Source: Mobula hypostoma
Taxonomy: Eukaryota
Assembly: GCF_963921235.1 (NCBI RefSeq)
Contig: NC_086097.1
Coordinates: 243,662,001-243,726,000 of the forward strand
Direction: 5' to 3'
DNA: 64,000 nucleotides
Under the pieces are notes generated by a model. That model saw only the letters and a program-made list of their open reading frames with translations, searched no databases and was not told the DNA's origin. Position numbers and translations under genes: made by a program. Position 1 is the stretch's first letter. Each line of letters begins with the position of its first letter. This document shows positions 51,627 to 64,000 of this stretch, in pieces.

Positions 51627-54594
51627 CAATTTGGACAATTAATTCACAGAACCAAATTGCTTGTTGTCCCTTGTATCCAACAAATCCGGAGATCTGTGCA
51701 GGTGGGATTTGAAAACAGGAAACCCGTTGGCAGCCCAGGTCTAGTCGTACAAAAAGTCGTCACAAACTGGGGTCTTGGCTGCTGTGGATGACCATGACTC
51801 TTCTGTGCCTTGTCATGCCCTTCGCTCTCCACAGAGCATTGCAGAACTGCCTTCCTGGCCTTTGAATCTCACTGTAGATCTCATCCACCCAGTCTACCGG
51901 AGCTGGCCTCACATGCTGGGACAGATATGTCCCTATCTCACCAGGGTATGAGACTGCTAGCTACCCTCAGCTGGTTTATCCCGCCTGTCGAAGCATTGTG
52001 CTCAGCTGTGGCCACTGTTGCTTGCAGACGCGACTTGAAACCACAGGTGAGAGCAGATTGTCCGGTGCAGACCAAAGGTAACATTCAAAATGATTGTCGA
52101 AACCTTCAAATTCTTCATAGTACCTAACTTGTTGAGGTAGGGAAATCATCTCATTTTTACTCCCAGCTACTTTTGGCATCTCCAAGCCCGAATACTTGAA
52201 ACCACAGTAAGTAAAACAGCTCTGTATTGTCTTATTGCTTACTTCTCACCAACTATCAGTGACAAAAATCACTGCTTTTTGAACACATACACATACAACT
52301 GTTGCTATATAGAAACTGTTCACTCTAAGCATGGTGTAATGTCTAATGGCCACACAAATGCACACAACTGACACTAGTTAGAAACTGTTCGGCAACAGCG
52401 TCCTGTCTCAATTAAGCGGCATAGTGTCCCAAATAAACAAAGGGAATCCCAACTACATTCTTGAATAGTTTTTGTTATTTAACAGTTGTTCCAAATAAGC
52501 AGCTGCCCCAATGCACCCATGGCCCAATTAACGGGAGTACACTGTATTTTGTAATTCTGTTAACACTTTTGTTATTACACATGGATCATACTGCCAAGGA
52601 AAGAGGTGTAAAAACTTATAATAGTAATGTTTATGATGTACTTAGAGCAGTCTATGAACTGACAATGAATGGAGGGAAGCGGAGTATGTGCAGGCATGGG
52701 GAATTAGTTTAAGTTGGTATAGTGGCGATTTGTGGGCTGAAGCAGCTGTTGTACTATTCTGAGTAATATAATTGTTTTAAAAATGTGTAGGTGTGAAATC
52801 TGCTGGATCAGAGTTAAATCTCCTTTCAGTTTGATTACTTTCATTCAGTAATTTTAATTTAGAGATACAACACATTAACAGGCCCTTCGGTCTTAATGAG
52901 CCAGTGCCACCTAATTACACCCATGTCACCAATCAACCTACCAACCTGCCCATCTTTGAACTGTAGGAGGAAACCAGGGGAACCAGAGGAAACCCACGCA
53001 GTCACAGGGAGAACATATAGATTCCTTACAGACAGTGGCGGGAATTGAACTCCAATCACTGGCACCGTAATAGTGTTACGTTAACCACTGCGTTACCATG
53101 ATGCCCCATCTAATCCTTGTCCTCTGGGTGAAATGTGTATCAGTTTTTGATCTTATCCCCGGCATCATATTTAGCTGGTTCATAAACATGAGAAAGTCTG
53201 CAGATGCTGGGAATCCAAAGCAACACAGACAAGATGCTGGAGGAACTCAGCAGATCAGGCAGCATCTATGGAAATGAATAAACAGTTGATGATTTGGGCC
53301 AAGACCCTTCTTTAGGCTGCCGTTGGGAAGAAGCGACAAGAGCCTTGGGACTTGTACCACCAGTTTTAGGAACAGTTGAACTGAATTGACTTTATTACTT
53401 ACATTTTTATGTAAAAATCTTTACGTTATGTCTCCGTCTAAATATGCAATGTGCAATTTATATTAATTTATAATGAATAGTATGTCCAACAGGACAGTCA
53501 ATATAACATAGAAATACAATTGTATCAGCATGAATTAATCAGTCTGATGGCCTGGTGGAAGAAGCTGTCCTGGAGCCTGTTGGTCCTGGCTTTTATGCTG
53601 TGGTACCGGTTCCCAGGCTGGAACGGTTTGTGGTTGGGGTGACTCGAGTCCCCAATGATCCTTTGGGCCCCTTTTATACACCTCTCTTCGTAAATGTCCT
53701 GAATAGTGGGAAGTTCACATCTACAGATACAAATATTACCCCTCAACGATCAGGCTCCTGAACAAAGGAGATAACTTCACTCAACTTCACTTGCCCCATC
53801 ATTGAACTGTTCCCACAACCTATAGACTCACTTTCAAGGACTCTTCACCTTTTGTTTTTGATATTTATTGTTTATTTATTTATATTGCTGTTTCTTTTTT
53901 TTTGCATTTTCACAGTTTGTTGTATTCTGCACTCTGGTTGAACATCCAGGTTTGGCAGTCATTTGTTGATTATGTTATAATTACTATTCTATAGGTTTGT
54001 TGAGCATGCCACAAGAAAATGGGTCTCAGGATTTTATATGGTGATCATTATGTACTTAGACATTAAAATTTACATTGAACTTTGAAAGGAAAGGGGAAGA
54101 CGCCAAAAAGAAAGGTGGGGGAGGGGAAGGAGGATAGCTAGAAGATAATTGGTCAAGCCAGTTGGGTTGGAAAGTCAAAGGGCTGGAGAGAAAAGATTCT
54201 GATAGGAGAGGAGACTGGACCATAGGAGAAAGGGAAGGAGGAGGGGCACCAGGGGGAGATGATAACTAGGCCAGAAGAGGACAAGTTCCCAGGAAGGATA
54301 CGTGGCTGCGATAGCAAGTCTGGTCGAAGAGTTGGAGGGCAGCGGAGATCACAGAGGGGGAGCAGTGAGAGAGGGTCTCACTAAACTCCCATCGAAGAGA
54401 AGATTTAAACTTCTTCAGGGTAGTCATCCCTCAGAGTAGTCCAGTGGCCCTTCAGGTTTGTTGTTTCAGCTCAGGGCTAACAGACCTGACTGGTCAAACA
54501 AAACTTAATGGAAACAGCAATGAAGAATCCTCCTCTATCTGGATGGGCAGGGACCTTCACTGCTGTCCTAAACACCAGCGGCATAACAGGCAAA

Positions 54595-54951
54595 GTGAGG
54601 CATTTCACATTTATACCTCTTGCCCATCCTCTGGGTCACCCCCCCCCCCTTGTCTTTCTTCCCGGACCTCCTGTCCCATGATCCTCTCGTATCCCCTTTT
54701 GCCAATCACCTGTCCAGCTCTCGGCTCTATCCCTCCCCCTCCTGTCTTCTCCTATCATTTTGCATCTCCCCCTCCCCCTCCAGCTTTCAAATCCCTTACT
54801 CACTCTTCCTTCAGTTAGTCCTGACGAAGGGTCTCGGCCTGAGACGTCGACTGCACCGCTTCCTACAGATGCTGCCTGGCCTGCTGCGTTCACCAGCAAC
54901 TTTGATGTGTGTTGCTTGAATTTCCAGCATCTGCAGAATTCCTGTTGTTTG
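54595..54951 (+). mobile_element. Penelope pLTR with the best-preserved hammerhead-like fold
   Basis: agtc-CTGACGA-agggtctcggcct-GAGAC-GTC-gact at 54817-54852. Confidence 0.75.
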
Positions 54952-55602
54952 AGGCATTTCACTGTAAGTTTTGATGTCCAGTCAAGTCAAGTTTACTGTC
55001 ATTTAACTATATACATGTATACCAAGTACACATAACACACATATAACACACAATAACTTATGAAAATAAGGATAAAATCGACAGATGGATTACACATAAA
55101 TAAACAAACTAAAGTGCATGAATTAACTACTGTAAGGCACAGAACAGATTAACCAGTGACAATTTGAATATGTTGTGGCAAGGAGTTCAAAAACCTAATG
55201 GCCTGAGGGAAGAAACCATTTCCCATCCTGACCATTCTTGTTTCTATGCATCAGAGTCTCCTGCCTGTTGGTAAAATGTCAAAGAGGATGCTGGATGGAT
55301 GGGTGGGATCTTTGATATTACTAAGTGCCCTGCATATGCAGCGCTCCTGATAGGCGTCCACGACAGATGGTAGGGAGACCCCTATGATCCTCTCATCTGT
55401 TCTCGCAGACCTTTGTAGGGACTTCCAGCCCGATGCTTGGCTGCTCCCGTACCAGATGGAGATGCAACTTGTCAGGATGAAATTAATATAATCTCTGTTA
55501 GAACATTCTGATTCAGCTTTATTTGTCACACGTACATGGGAATATGTAGTGAAATGTGTAATTTGTGTTACCAACCAATACACTTAGGGATGTGAGCCTG
55601 TA

Positions 55603-56166
55603 ACTTCCCTTTGAACTTGGAGGCTATTTGATGAGGCTGAACTGTAGTGAGGCAATGCAGCAGGCCCATTGCTAGGAGTGAGGGAAGTCCCAAGCTTCGA
55701 TCAATTTAAGCGCTGGGCCGAATTGGAAACGTTGGGTACAGGCCGAATTGAGGCAGCAGGATCCAGACCCCAGAGCTTACTTAAGAGACTGAACCCAGTG
55801 CCTGGACAATTTAAGCACCGGACCAGATTGAAAAGGTCAGGATGTTGGGACCAGAGGCGAGGGAGGGGCCGGTTCAGCTCACTCTTGCACCACGTTCACT
55901 TGGTTTTGTGATGATCTGAGACTGTAGCTTTGTGTCTACAGATGGATTCTCTTTCATGGATTTCCGTTCTGAATGCTATCCGCTAGCTTTTATTGCTTGT
56001 AAAATTTGTGTTCTTTTTTTCTCTCTCTGCACATTTCATGTTTGTCGGTCTATTTTGTAATGAGTTCTTTCAGATTTCTTGTTTTGTGGCTGCCTGAAAA
56101 AAAGACAAACCTCCAGGGTGGATAATGTATACATATTTTGATAATAAATGCACTTTGAACTTTGAA
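55603..56166 (+). mobile_element. Non-autonomous retroposon with Rex1/Babar-type tail; second copy at ~61712-62236
   Basis: Both copies start ttcccttt(g)gac/gaac, share ggcccattgc...gaattggaaa...tacaggcc, and end in the actttgaacttt-type tail. Confidence 0.6.
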
Positions 56167-56814
56167 CAGAGCACAAGCAACAAAACAATAACAGCAGAAG
56201 AGGTCCCTTTCCTCCTCCCACCCATCCACACACATGGACAGTCCTTCAGCTCCAGGACTGGTCCCCACCCTCCAGCCTCTCGGGCTCATCCATCTGGGTT
56301 CCAACTTCCGGACTGCCGCTCAGGCACTGATGTTTGGTATCGACCCCTGGACTAGACGGCGACATTACCCTGAACAGTAGGCTCGAACTCGGGCAGCTGA
56401 CTGACTGACCTCCTATCTCCTTCTGCCTCCTGCTCACAGGGGGACTCCTTGTCACTGGCCCTTGAGCGCATTTCAATTTGGAGAATGAACTCCCTTAAAT
56501 TTGTCCTAACGTAGTTACCTCCCAACTCTTTTCCACAAGTTTTATCACTGCTTCCTGACAGATGGGAGAGCAATAATATCTTGAGTGTAAGAACACCATG
56601 ACTCAATGTGAATACCTATTTTCGGAAGATGAAACAAACGTCTGATACTCGGCGAATACAGATTGAATTATAACTTTCAAAGGTTTGGGAAGTAGCACTT
56701 CATCTTCTGACTTGGAACATTAAAACCTTCAGGCATCAAGACTGAATACTATCAGAGCATTCATCTGTAGCGTTTGAAAGACAGTCCAATAAGACGAATC
56801 ATTGAGTCATAGAT

Positions 56815-56998
56815 GCAGCTCGGCAGGTCACGGAGCATCTATGGAAAAGAATAAACAGGACTGAAGAAGGATCTCGGCCCAAAACGTCAACTGTTTATTC
56901 ATTTCCATAGATGCTGCCCGGCCTGCTGAGCTCCTCCGGTATTTTGTGTGTGTTGCTTTGGATTTCCAGCACCTGCAAACTTCTTCCTGTTTGTGATA
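56815..56998 (+). mobile_element. Short Penelope pLTR fold-back insertion
   Basis: 11-bp TSD gagtcatagat (56804-56814 and 56999-57009); inverted arms 56817-56858 and 56891-56931. Confidence 0.8.
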
Positions 56999-57211
56999 GA
57001 GTCATAGATTATCTTTGTTAAGATTACGTGTCACATGTACTTCAAAATATACAGTGAAATGCACCATTTTCTGTCAAATCAAATCAGCCTGCAAGTGTCG
57101 CCACACTTCCCACAATGGCATAGCATACCCAAATCACTACCCCAAAATCAAAGCGGTAGAATAAAATTCACTTTTTTGGAATTTGACATTTCAAAGTTCA
57201 AAGTATAGATA

Positions 57212-59487
57212 CAGCGCCTATAAAAAGTATCCCCCTTGGAGGTTTTCATGTTTTATCATTTTACGACATTAAATCACAGTGGATTTAATTTGGCTTTTTT
57301 GACACAGATCAGCAGAAAAAGACTCTTTCGTGTCAAGGTGAAAACACATCTCTAAAAAGTGACCTGATTTAATTACAAATATAAATCACAAAATAATTGA
57401 TTGCATAAATATTCACTCACCTTTAATGTGACACACCAAATCATCACTAGTGCAGCCAACTGGTTTTAGAAATCACATGATTAGTTAAATGGAGATCACC
57501 TGTGTGCAGTCAAGTTGTTTCAATTGATTGTAGTAAAAATACACCTGAATCTGGAAGGTCCAACTGCTGGTGAGTCAGTATCCTGGCAAAAACTACACTG
57601 TGAAGACAAAAGAACACTCTAAGCAACTCTACAAAAGGGTTATTGAAAAGCACTAGTCAGGAGATGGATATGAGAAAATTTCCAAGTCACTGAATGTCCT
57701 TTGGAATACAGGTAAGTCAATCATCAAGAAATGGAAAGAATATGGCACAGCTGTAAATCTGCCTAGAGTAGGCTGTCCTCAAAAACTGAATGATTATGCA
57801 AGAATAGGACTAATGAGGGAGGCCACTAAGAGACCTATGATAGCTCTGGAGGAGTTACAAGCTTCAGGAGCTAAAATGGGAGAGACGCTGCATACAATTA
57901 TTGCCCACGTGCCTCACGAGTTACAGCTTTATGGGAGGGTGATAAAGAGAAAGCCACTGTTGGGGGAAAAAAACTCACATGAAATCACAGCTAGAGTTTG
58001 CCAGAAGGCATGTGGGAGACTTTGAAGTCCACTAGAAGGTTCTATGGTCTAATGAAAGCAAAATTGAGCTTTTTGGCCATCAAACTAAATGCCATGTGTG
58101 GCATTAGCCAAGCACTGCACATCATCAAAAACACACCATCCCTACTGTAAAGCATGATGATAGCTACATCATGCTGTGGGGATGCTTCACTGTTGCAGAT
58201 CCTGGAAGGTTTGTGAAGATGGAGGGTAAAATGAAAGCAGCAAAATACAAGGAAATCCTGGAAGTAAACCTGATGCATTTTGCAAGAGAACTGCCACTTG
58301 GAAGAAGATTTGTTTTCCAGCAAGACAATGACCCCAAGCGTAAAACCAAAAGTTAATATCCTGGAGTGGCCAAGTCAGAGTCCAGACATCAATCCAATTG
58401 AGAATTTGTGGCTGGATTTGAAAAGTCTGTTCACTCACAATCCCCATGCAATCCAACAGAGCTTGAGCAGTTTTGTAAAGAAGAATGGGGAAAAGTTGCA
58501 GTGCCGGATGTGCAAAGCTGATAGAGACCTATCTACACAGATTCAAGGCTGTAATTGCTGCTAAAGTTGCAGATACTTAATACTGACTTGAAGGGGGTGA
58601 ATACTTATGCAATCAACTATTTTATATTTTCAAAGGTTCAAATGTTCAAAGGTCAAATTTAATGTCAGAAATATATACAATATACATCCTGAAATGCTTT
58701 TTCTTTGCAAACAGCCATGAGAACAGAGAAGTGTCCCAAAGAATGAACAACAGTTAAACATGAGAATCCTGAAGTCCCAGTCAGCTCCCCTCACCCACAC
58801 ATAAGCGTCAGCGAGCAACAATCCCCCTTCTCCCCCCCCCCACCACTACCAGCAAAAAAAAATGTGTGTCGGTACGATTGCAGAGCCCAAGTATGTGCTG
58901 AGCAATAGCAAAGACACAGACCAAAGTTACCCAAAAGACTTCACATTTCATCTGACATTCGACAAACCAAAGGTTCTCTCTCTCCCTGGCAAGGGAGAGG
59001 GAGGTGTCCCCTATTTTCACAGCAAGCAGGAGACAAAACAACAACCTGCTGGTTTATGATGATAGAAGTACGTTTCATCATCTTTTTTCGAGCTGTGTCT
59101 GAAGATCGCAAAGACCTCAGGTCTTCAGGCCCACAGCAAAAGATTTTCTGGCCTCCCCAACTACATGTGAGGCTCCTGCTGTGACACCGACCATCGATCC
59201 GCCAGGGCACCAAGATCTTAGGCTTCCAAACACAATTGTGAGACTCAGGCCTAACCCTTGACATGTTGAATAACAGCCACTCTTGGAACCCCGAGAACGG
59301 GTCCCATTCCCGCAAAGAAATTCATTTAGATCACTTTGTAGAGATCTGTTTTCCCTTTGATGCAAAAGAGGTTTTTTTTTGTTGATCAGTGTCAAAAAAA
59401 GCCAAATTAAATCCATTGTGATTCAATGTTATAACTCAACAAAACATGAAAACCCAAGGGGGGGGGGAATTCTTTTTATAGGCACTG
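57212..59487 (+). mobile_element. Tc1-like transposon with long (~200 bp, IR/DR-type) TIRs and a dead transposase
   Basis: TA TSD; TIR cag(c/t)gcctataaaaag...; transposase remnants at ~57600-58586 (WSNESKIELFG, MLWGCF, FVFQQDNDPK, WPSQSPDINPIENLW); the right TIR is interrupted at ~58630-59320. Confidence 0.95.
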
Positions 59488-59629
59488 TATGTCACCATAT
59501 ACTCAGTAAATCCAAGAACTATAATAGAGTTACTGAAAGGGCACGCCCAACAGGACAGACAAGCAATCAGTGTGCAAATGACGACAGGCTGTGCATGTTA
59601 TACAAAAGGCAAAACAGGTCTATATAGAG

Positions 59630-60520
59630 TGGAAATGCAGAGGATATTTCCTGGTGGGGGAGTCTAGGACCAGAGGGCACAATCTCAGAAGAGAGGGATG
59701 TCATAGAAACATAGAAAACCTACAGCACAATACAGGCCCTTCAGCCCACAAAGCTGTGCCAAACTTGTCCCTACCTTAGAACTACCTAGGCTTACCCATA
59801 GTCCTCTATCTTTCTAAGCTCCATGAATCCATCCAGGAGTCTCTTAAAAGACCCTATCGTTTCCGCCTCCACCACCGCAGCCAGCAGCCCATTCCACACA
59901 CTCACGATTCTGTGTATATAATAAAAAAAAACTTACTCCTGACATCTCCTCTGTACCTACTTCCAAGCACCTTAAAACTGTGCCCTCTCGTACTAGCCAT
60001 TTCAGCCCTGGGAAAAAGCTTCTGAAGATCCACATGATCAATGCCTCTGATAATTGTATACATCTATCAGATCACCTTTCATCCTCTGTCACTCCAAGGA
60101 GAAAAAGCCAAGTTCACTCAATCTATTCTCATAAGGCATGCTCCCCAATCCAGGCAACATCCTTGTTAACCTGCTCTGCACCCTTTCTATGGTTTCCACA
60201 TCCTTCCTGTAGTGAGGTGACCAGAACTGAGCACGGTACTCCAAGTGGAGTCTGACCAGGGAGTATGTCCATTTATAACAGAGATGAGGAGGAACTTCTT
60301 TAACCAGAGGGTGGTGATTCTGTGGAATTCATTTGCACAGGTGGATGTAGAGGCCAGGTCATTGGGTAGATTTAAGGCAGAGGTTGATAGATTCTTGTTA
60401 AGGCAGGTTATGGGGAGAAGGTAAGAGAATGGGGCTGAGAGGAAAAATGGATTAGCTATGATGAAATGGTGGAGTAAATTTGATGGACAAAATGGTGGTA
60501 TGTTTTATGGTCTTATGGTT
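59630..60520 (+). mobile_element. CR1 3' fragment with a minus-strand CR1 nested at ~59703-60264
   Basis: GESRTRGHNLR motif; atgtc is duplicated around the nested copy. Confidence 0.8.
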
Positions 60521-63221
60521 AAACACAATGGGATCACTGAAAGCAACACACACAAAACACTGGAGGAACTCAGTAGGTCAGGCATCCATGGAAATGAATA
60601 AACATTTGATGTTTCGGGCTGCGACTCTTCGGGACTGAAAAGGAAGGGGGAAGATGCCAGAATAAAAAGTTGAGGGGAGGGGAGGGAAGCTGGAATGAAA
60701 GAATGGATGAAAGACCATTTCCAAAAGGATGGACAAACAACCAATGTGTATCAAAAGAAAACAACAAACTACACAAATACAAAAGAGAAAAATAATGAAT
60801 ACATAAGCAATAAATATCAAGAACGTGAGGTGAAGAGTCCTTGGAAGTGACTTCATAGGTTGTGGTAACAGTTCGGTAATTCAAGAAGAGTAAATAACAA
60901 AACACAAAATGCCAAAGAAATGACAAATCTTGTCTAAGTTCTTTCCACTTGCATTTCTTAATGCGCGCATCAATAATGTTGCATTTTAAGGGCAATTGGT
61001 TAAAGTTTCTGTCTAACAATATTGCTCCCTAAGAGTAGACAATGTTATTTATCCTCAAGATATCTCAAACAGGGACAGGAAGATTAAGTGCAATTGTAAA
61101 TCTAACTGACCACTGTTATTTTTGCTGTGAATTTTATCATTAAGCTTCTTTACCTACAGTGTATAAGTTACATGTTTAAAGTGCACTCTGTGTCTCCATT
61201 CAAACGGAAGGATAGAAGGTGATAAGCATCTGCTGTCACCCGTGTCTCCAAACGCAGCTGCTGGCTACTGAAGGGAATGCTTTGTCGGTTTCCAAAGATA
61301 ATTTCTTAAGTGCCGCTGCCCTCCCACCCTCCTACAGGATGCAACAGCTGCAGTACTATCGTTATGGGTGAGAGAAAAAACAATTTGTTGGAATGCATCT
61401 CCAGATATAGCACGGGATTCAATGGAGAATAGGGTATTGGCTGTTATTTTTCTGTCCTTTTACCCTAATCTGACCTGCCATTTGCAGCAGATCACATTTC
61501 CTTGTCACGCTCAAGCTGCTGTGTTACTGACCCGTGCATGCCCACATCAATCTTGGCATCAAACTATCTCATTGGCGTTCTCTCTTCTCCCCTCTCCCAT
61601 TGACTAGTTTAAGATAGCACTGGTGAATCTCAGCGACTTTTGGCTGTGAAACAAGGAAAGTAACTAAATACTTTGTTATTCACTCTTTTTCTGGTAAATG
61701 GTCATCACAAACTTCCCTTTGGACTTGTGGGGGGAATTCAAAGTGGCAGAACCAAGGCAAGGTGAGGCAGTGGGCCCATTGCCGAGGGCAACAAGGACCA
61801 GAAGTTTGTCTAATTTAAATGCTGAATTGGAAAGGTCAAGTACAGGCCAAATCGAGATGGTGGGATCTAGGCCCCAGAGCATATTGAAGAAACTGAACCC
61901 AAGGTGTGGATGATTTGGGTGCTGGGCCAGATTGAAAAGGTCAGAATGTTGGGGCCCAGGGCAAGGGACGGGCTGGATCATCACACTGCTTCACTCTGCA
62001 CTGATCTAAGAGCCTATGGACAGACTTGCTCTGTGGACTTCAGTTCAGAGTGCTATTCATTTTGGGTTTATTTTTTGCATGATTTGTTTTTTTTTCTCTC
62101 TGCACATTGTGTGCTTGACACTTGTTAATATTCTTTTGGGTTTCTTTTTTTCATGGCTGCCAACTGGGAGGCAAATCTCAGGGTTGTATATTGTATACAT
62201 ACTTTGATAATAAGTGAACTTGCAACGTTGAACTTTGTGCAGAAGATACAAAACTGAAAGCACATATCACTAGGCTCAAGTTCAGCTTCTATTGACCAGT
62301 TTCCTGGTACAATAAAATTGATTTTTGAACATGCAATCTACCTTGTATGAACTTACACCTCATTGTTTACCAGCACTGAACTTTCTCTGTCACTTTTAGT
62401 TTATGCAACATTTTATAGAATATGAAAGCAAAAACGTATCGCTGAGGCTTTATAAGAAACTGGTGAGGCCTCACCTGGAATATTGTGAGTAGCTTTTGTC
62501 CCCCTATCTAAGAAAAGATGTGCTGGCATTGGAGAGGACCCAAAGCAGGTTAATGCGAATAAAGGGGTTAATTTATGAGGACTGTTTGATGGAGGTTGTT
62601 AGGATCTTGATTCGTAAGGGTTCAAGGGTTATGGGGAGAAGGTGGGTGAATGGGGTTGAGAGAGATAAAGAACCAATTCTGGCATCCTCACCGTTCCTCC
62701 TCAGTCCTGAAGAAAGGATTCAGCCCAAAACATCAACTATCTATTCATTTCCATAGAAGCTGCCTGACCTGCAGAATTCCTCCATGTGTGTGTTGCTCTG
62801 GATTTCCAGCATCCGCAGACTTCCTCGTGTTTAAGAATCAACCGTGATTGAATGGTGGAGCAGACTCATTGTGCTGAATGGTCTAATTCAGCTCCTACGT
62901 CTTGTCGTCTTATGGTTATTGTTTTACCTTGTACTCCCTCATTGCACTGTTTAATGCATTGATTTGTATGAACAATATGCAAGACGTGATTTTTAGTGTG
63001 CTTCAGTGCATGTGACAACAATTAACTAATTCCAATGAACCCAAGTCAAATTCAAATTTATTATCAAAGTATTACCATATACTACATCAAGATTCATTTT
63101 CTTTCAGGCCTTTACAGGAGCTTTTAAATAAATTGTTGGACTTTTAACTAAGGCCAGGATGAGATAGATAGATAGATAGATAGACATACTTTATTGATCC
63201 TGAGGGAAATTGGTTTTCGTT

Positions 63222-63665
63222 GAGGGAGTGTATCGCTCCCATACTATCCACTCTGCATTGGATTCCTGTATCATTTAGATTTGATTTTAAAGTTCTCTTG
63301 TTTTTAAAACTCCCAATGGTCTAGGACCAGAGTACATCACAGAATCACTTTTGTTTTAAAATCCTATTCATGCTCTCGGGTCTTCTTCCGCTGGTCTCAT
63401 AAGTTTAAACAATCTCCCTCAAAAGAAATTTGGAAAGTCGGGTTTTATTTTCCCTACAATCCTAAGTTGCGGAGTTCAATACCTGCAACTGAATGGGATG
63501 GAGACTCAGATGACACTTTTAAACGCCAGCTCAAAACCTATTTAATTAACCTTGCTTTTAACCAACATCTTTTTGTCTTTTATTTTCATGTTTGCAATTC
63601 ATCCCATTGTAAAGCACTTTGAACTACATCATTTGTATTAAAAGTGCTCTATACATTGAAATTAT
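63222..63665 (+). mobile_element. L2-clade LINE 3' end
   Basis: IAPILSTLHWIPVSFRFDFKVLL...NGLGPEYI and the tail tgtaaagcactttgaactacat...aaagtgctctata. Confidence 0.85.
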
Positions 63666-64000
63666 TGAACAAAGTACAGTTGAATTTATGAAAAGATATG
63701 CACAAAGACTGACAAATATCCAATGTGCAAAAGAAGACAAATAAAAATAATATTGAGAACATGAGTTGTAAAGAGTCCTTGCGAGTGAGTCTGTAGGTTG
63801 TGGAATCTTGTGGTTAGATCATAAGAACATTAGAGATAGGAGCAGAATTAGGCCATCTGGCTCATCGAGTCTGCTCCACCATTCAAACATGGCTGATCCT
63901 TTCTTTTCTATCTTCTCCTCAACCCCATATCCCGGCCTTCTCCCCATAACCTTTGATGCCATGTCCAATCAAGAACCTATCAATCTCTGCCTTAAACACA

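Noticed and set aside
56517..56613. Minus-strand exon (IHIESWCSYTQDIIALPSVRKQ* or an alternative frame)
   Set aside because: The splice-like ends are plausible, but I recognise no homology and find no consistent partner exons.

Overview
This is repeat-dense eukaryotic DNA, not prokaryotic. The mix of CR1 LINEs, Rex1/Babar LINEs, V-SINE-core tRNA SINEs, Penelope pLTR fragments, Tc1 and hAT relics suggests a vertebrate, most plausibly a cartilaginous fish (inference, not verified). I found no intact host protein-coding gene, rRNA, tRNA gene or CRISPR array. Almost all the listed ORFs are degraded retroelement or transposase fragments, or antisense shadows of them. Many insertions are nested, with readable target-site duplications (TSDs). 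The points most worth a second look are: (1) about 9 Penelope-derived repeats carrying minimal hammerhead-ribozyme motifs, some as short TSD-flanked fold-back units; (2) a composite element of two tiny Tc1-type hairpin MITEs around shared cargo, present twice; (3) a 42-bp inverted repeat at 51379-51626 overlapping a possible 72-bp exon; (4) a duplicated ~440-bp block not assignable to any transposon (3843/20553); (5) an inverted RTE with an open endonuclease frame; (6) a 51-bp minisatellite grown from a LINE tail inside an RTE. Element boundaries are approximate unless a TSD is quoted, and family names come from motif recognition, not database searches.
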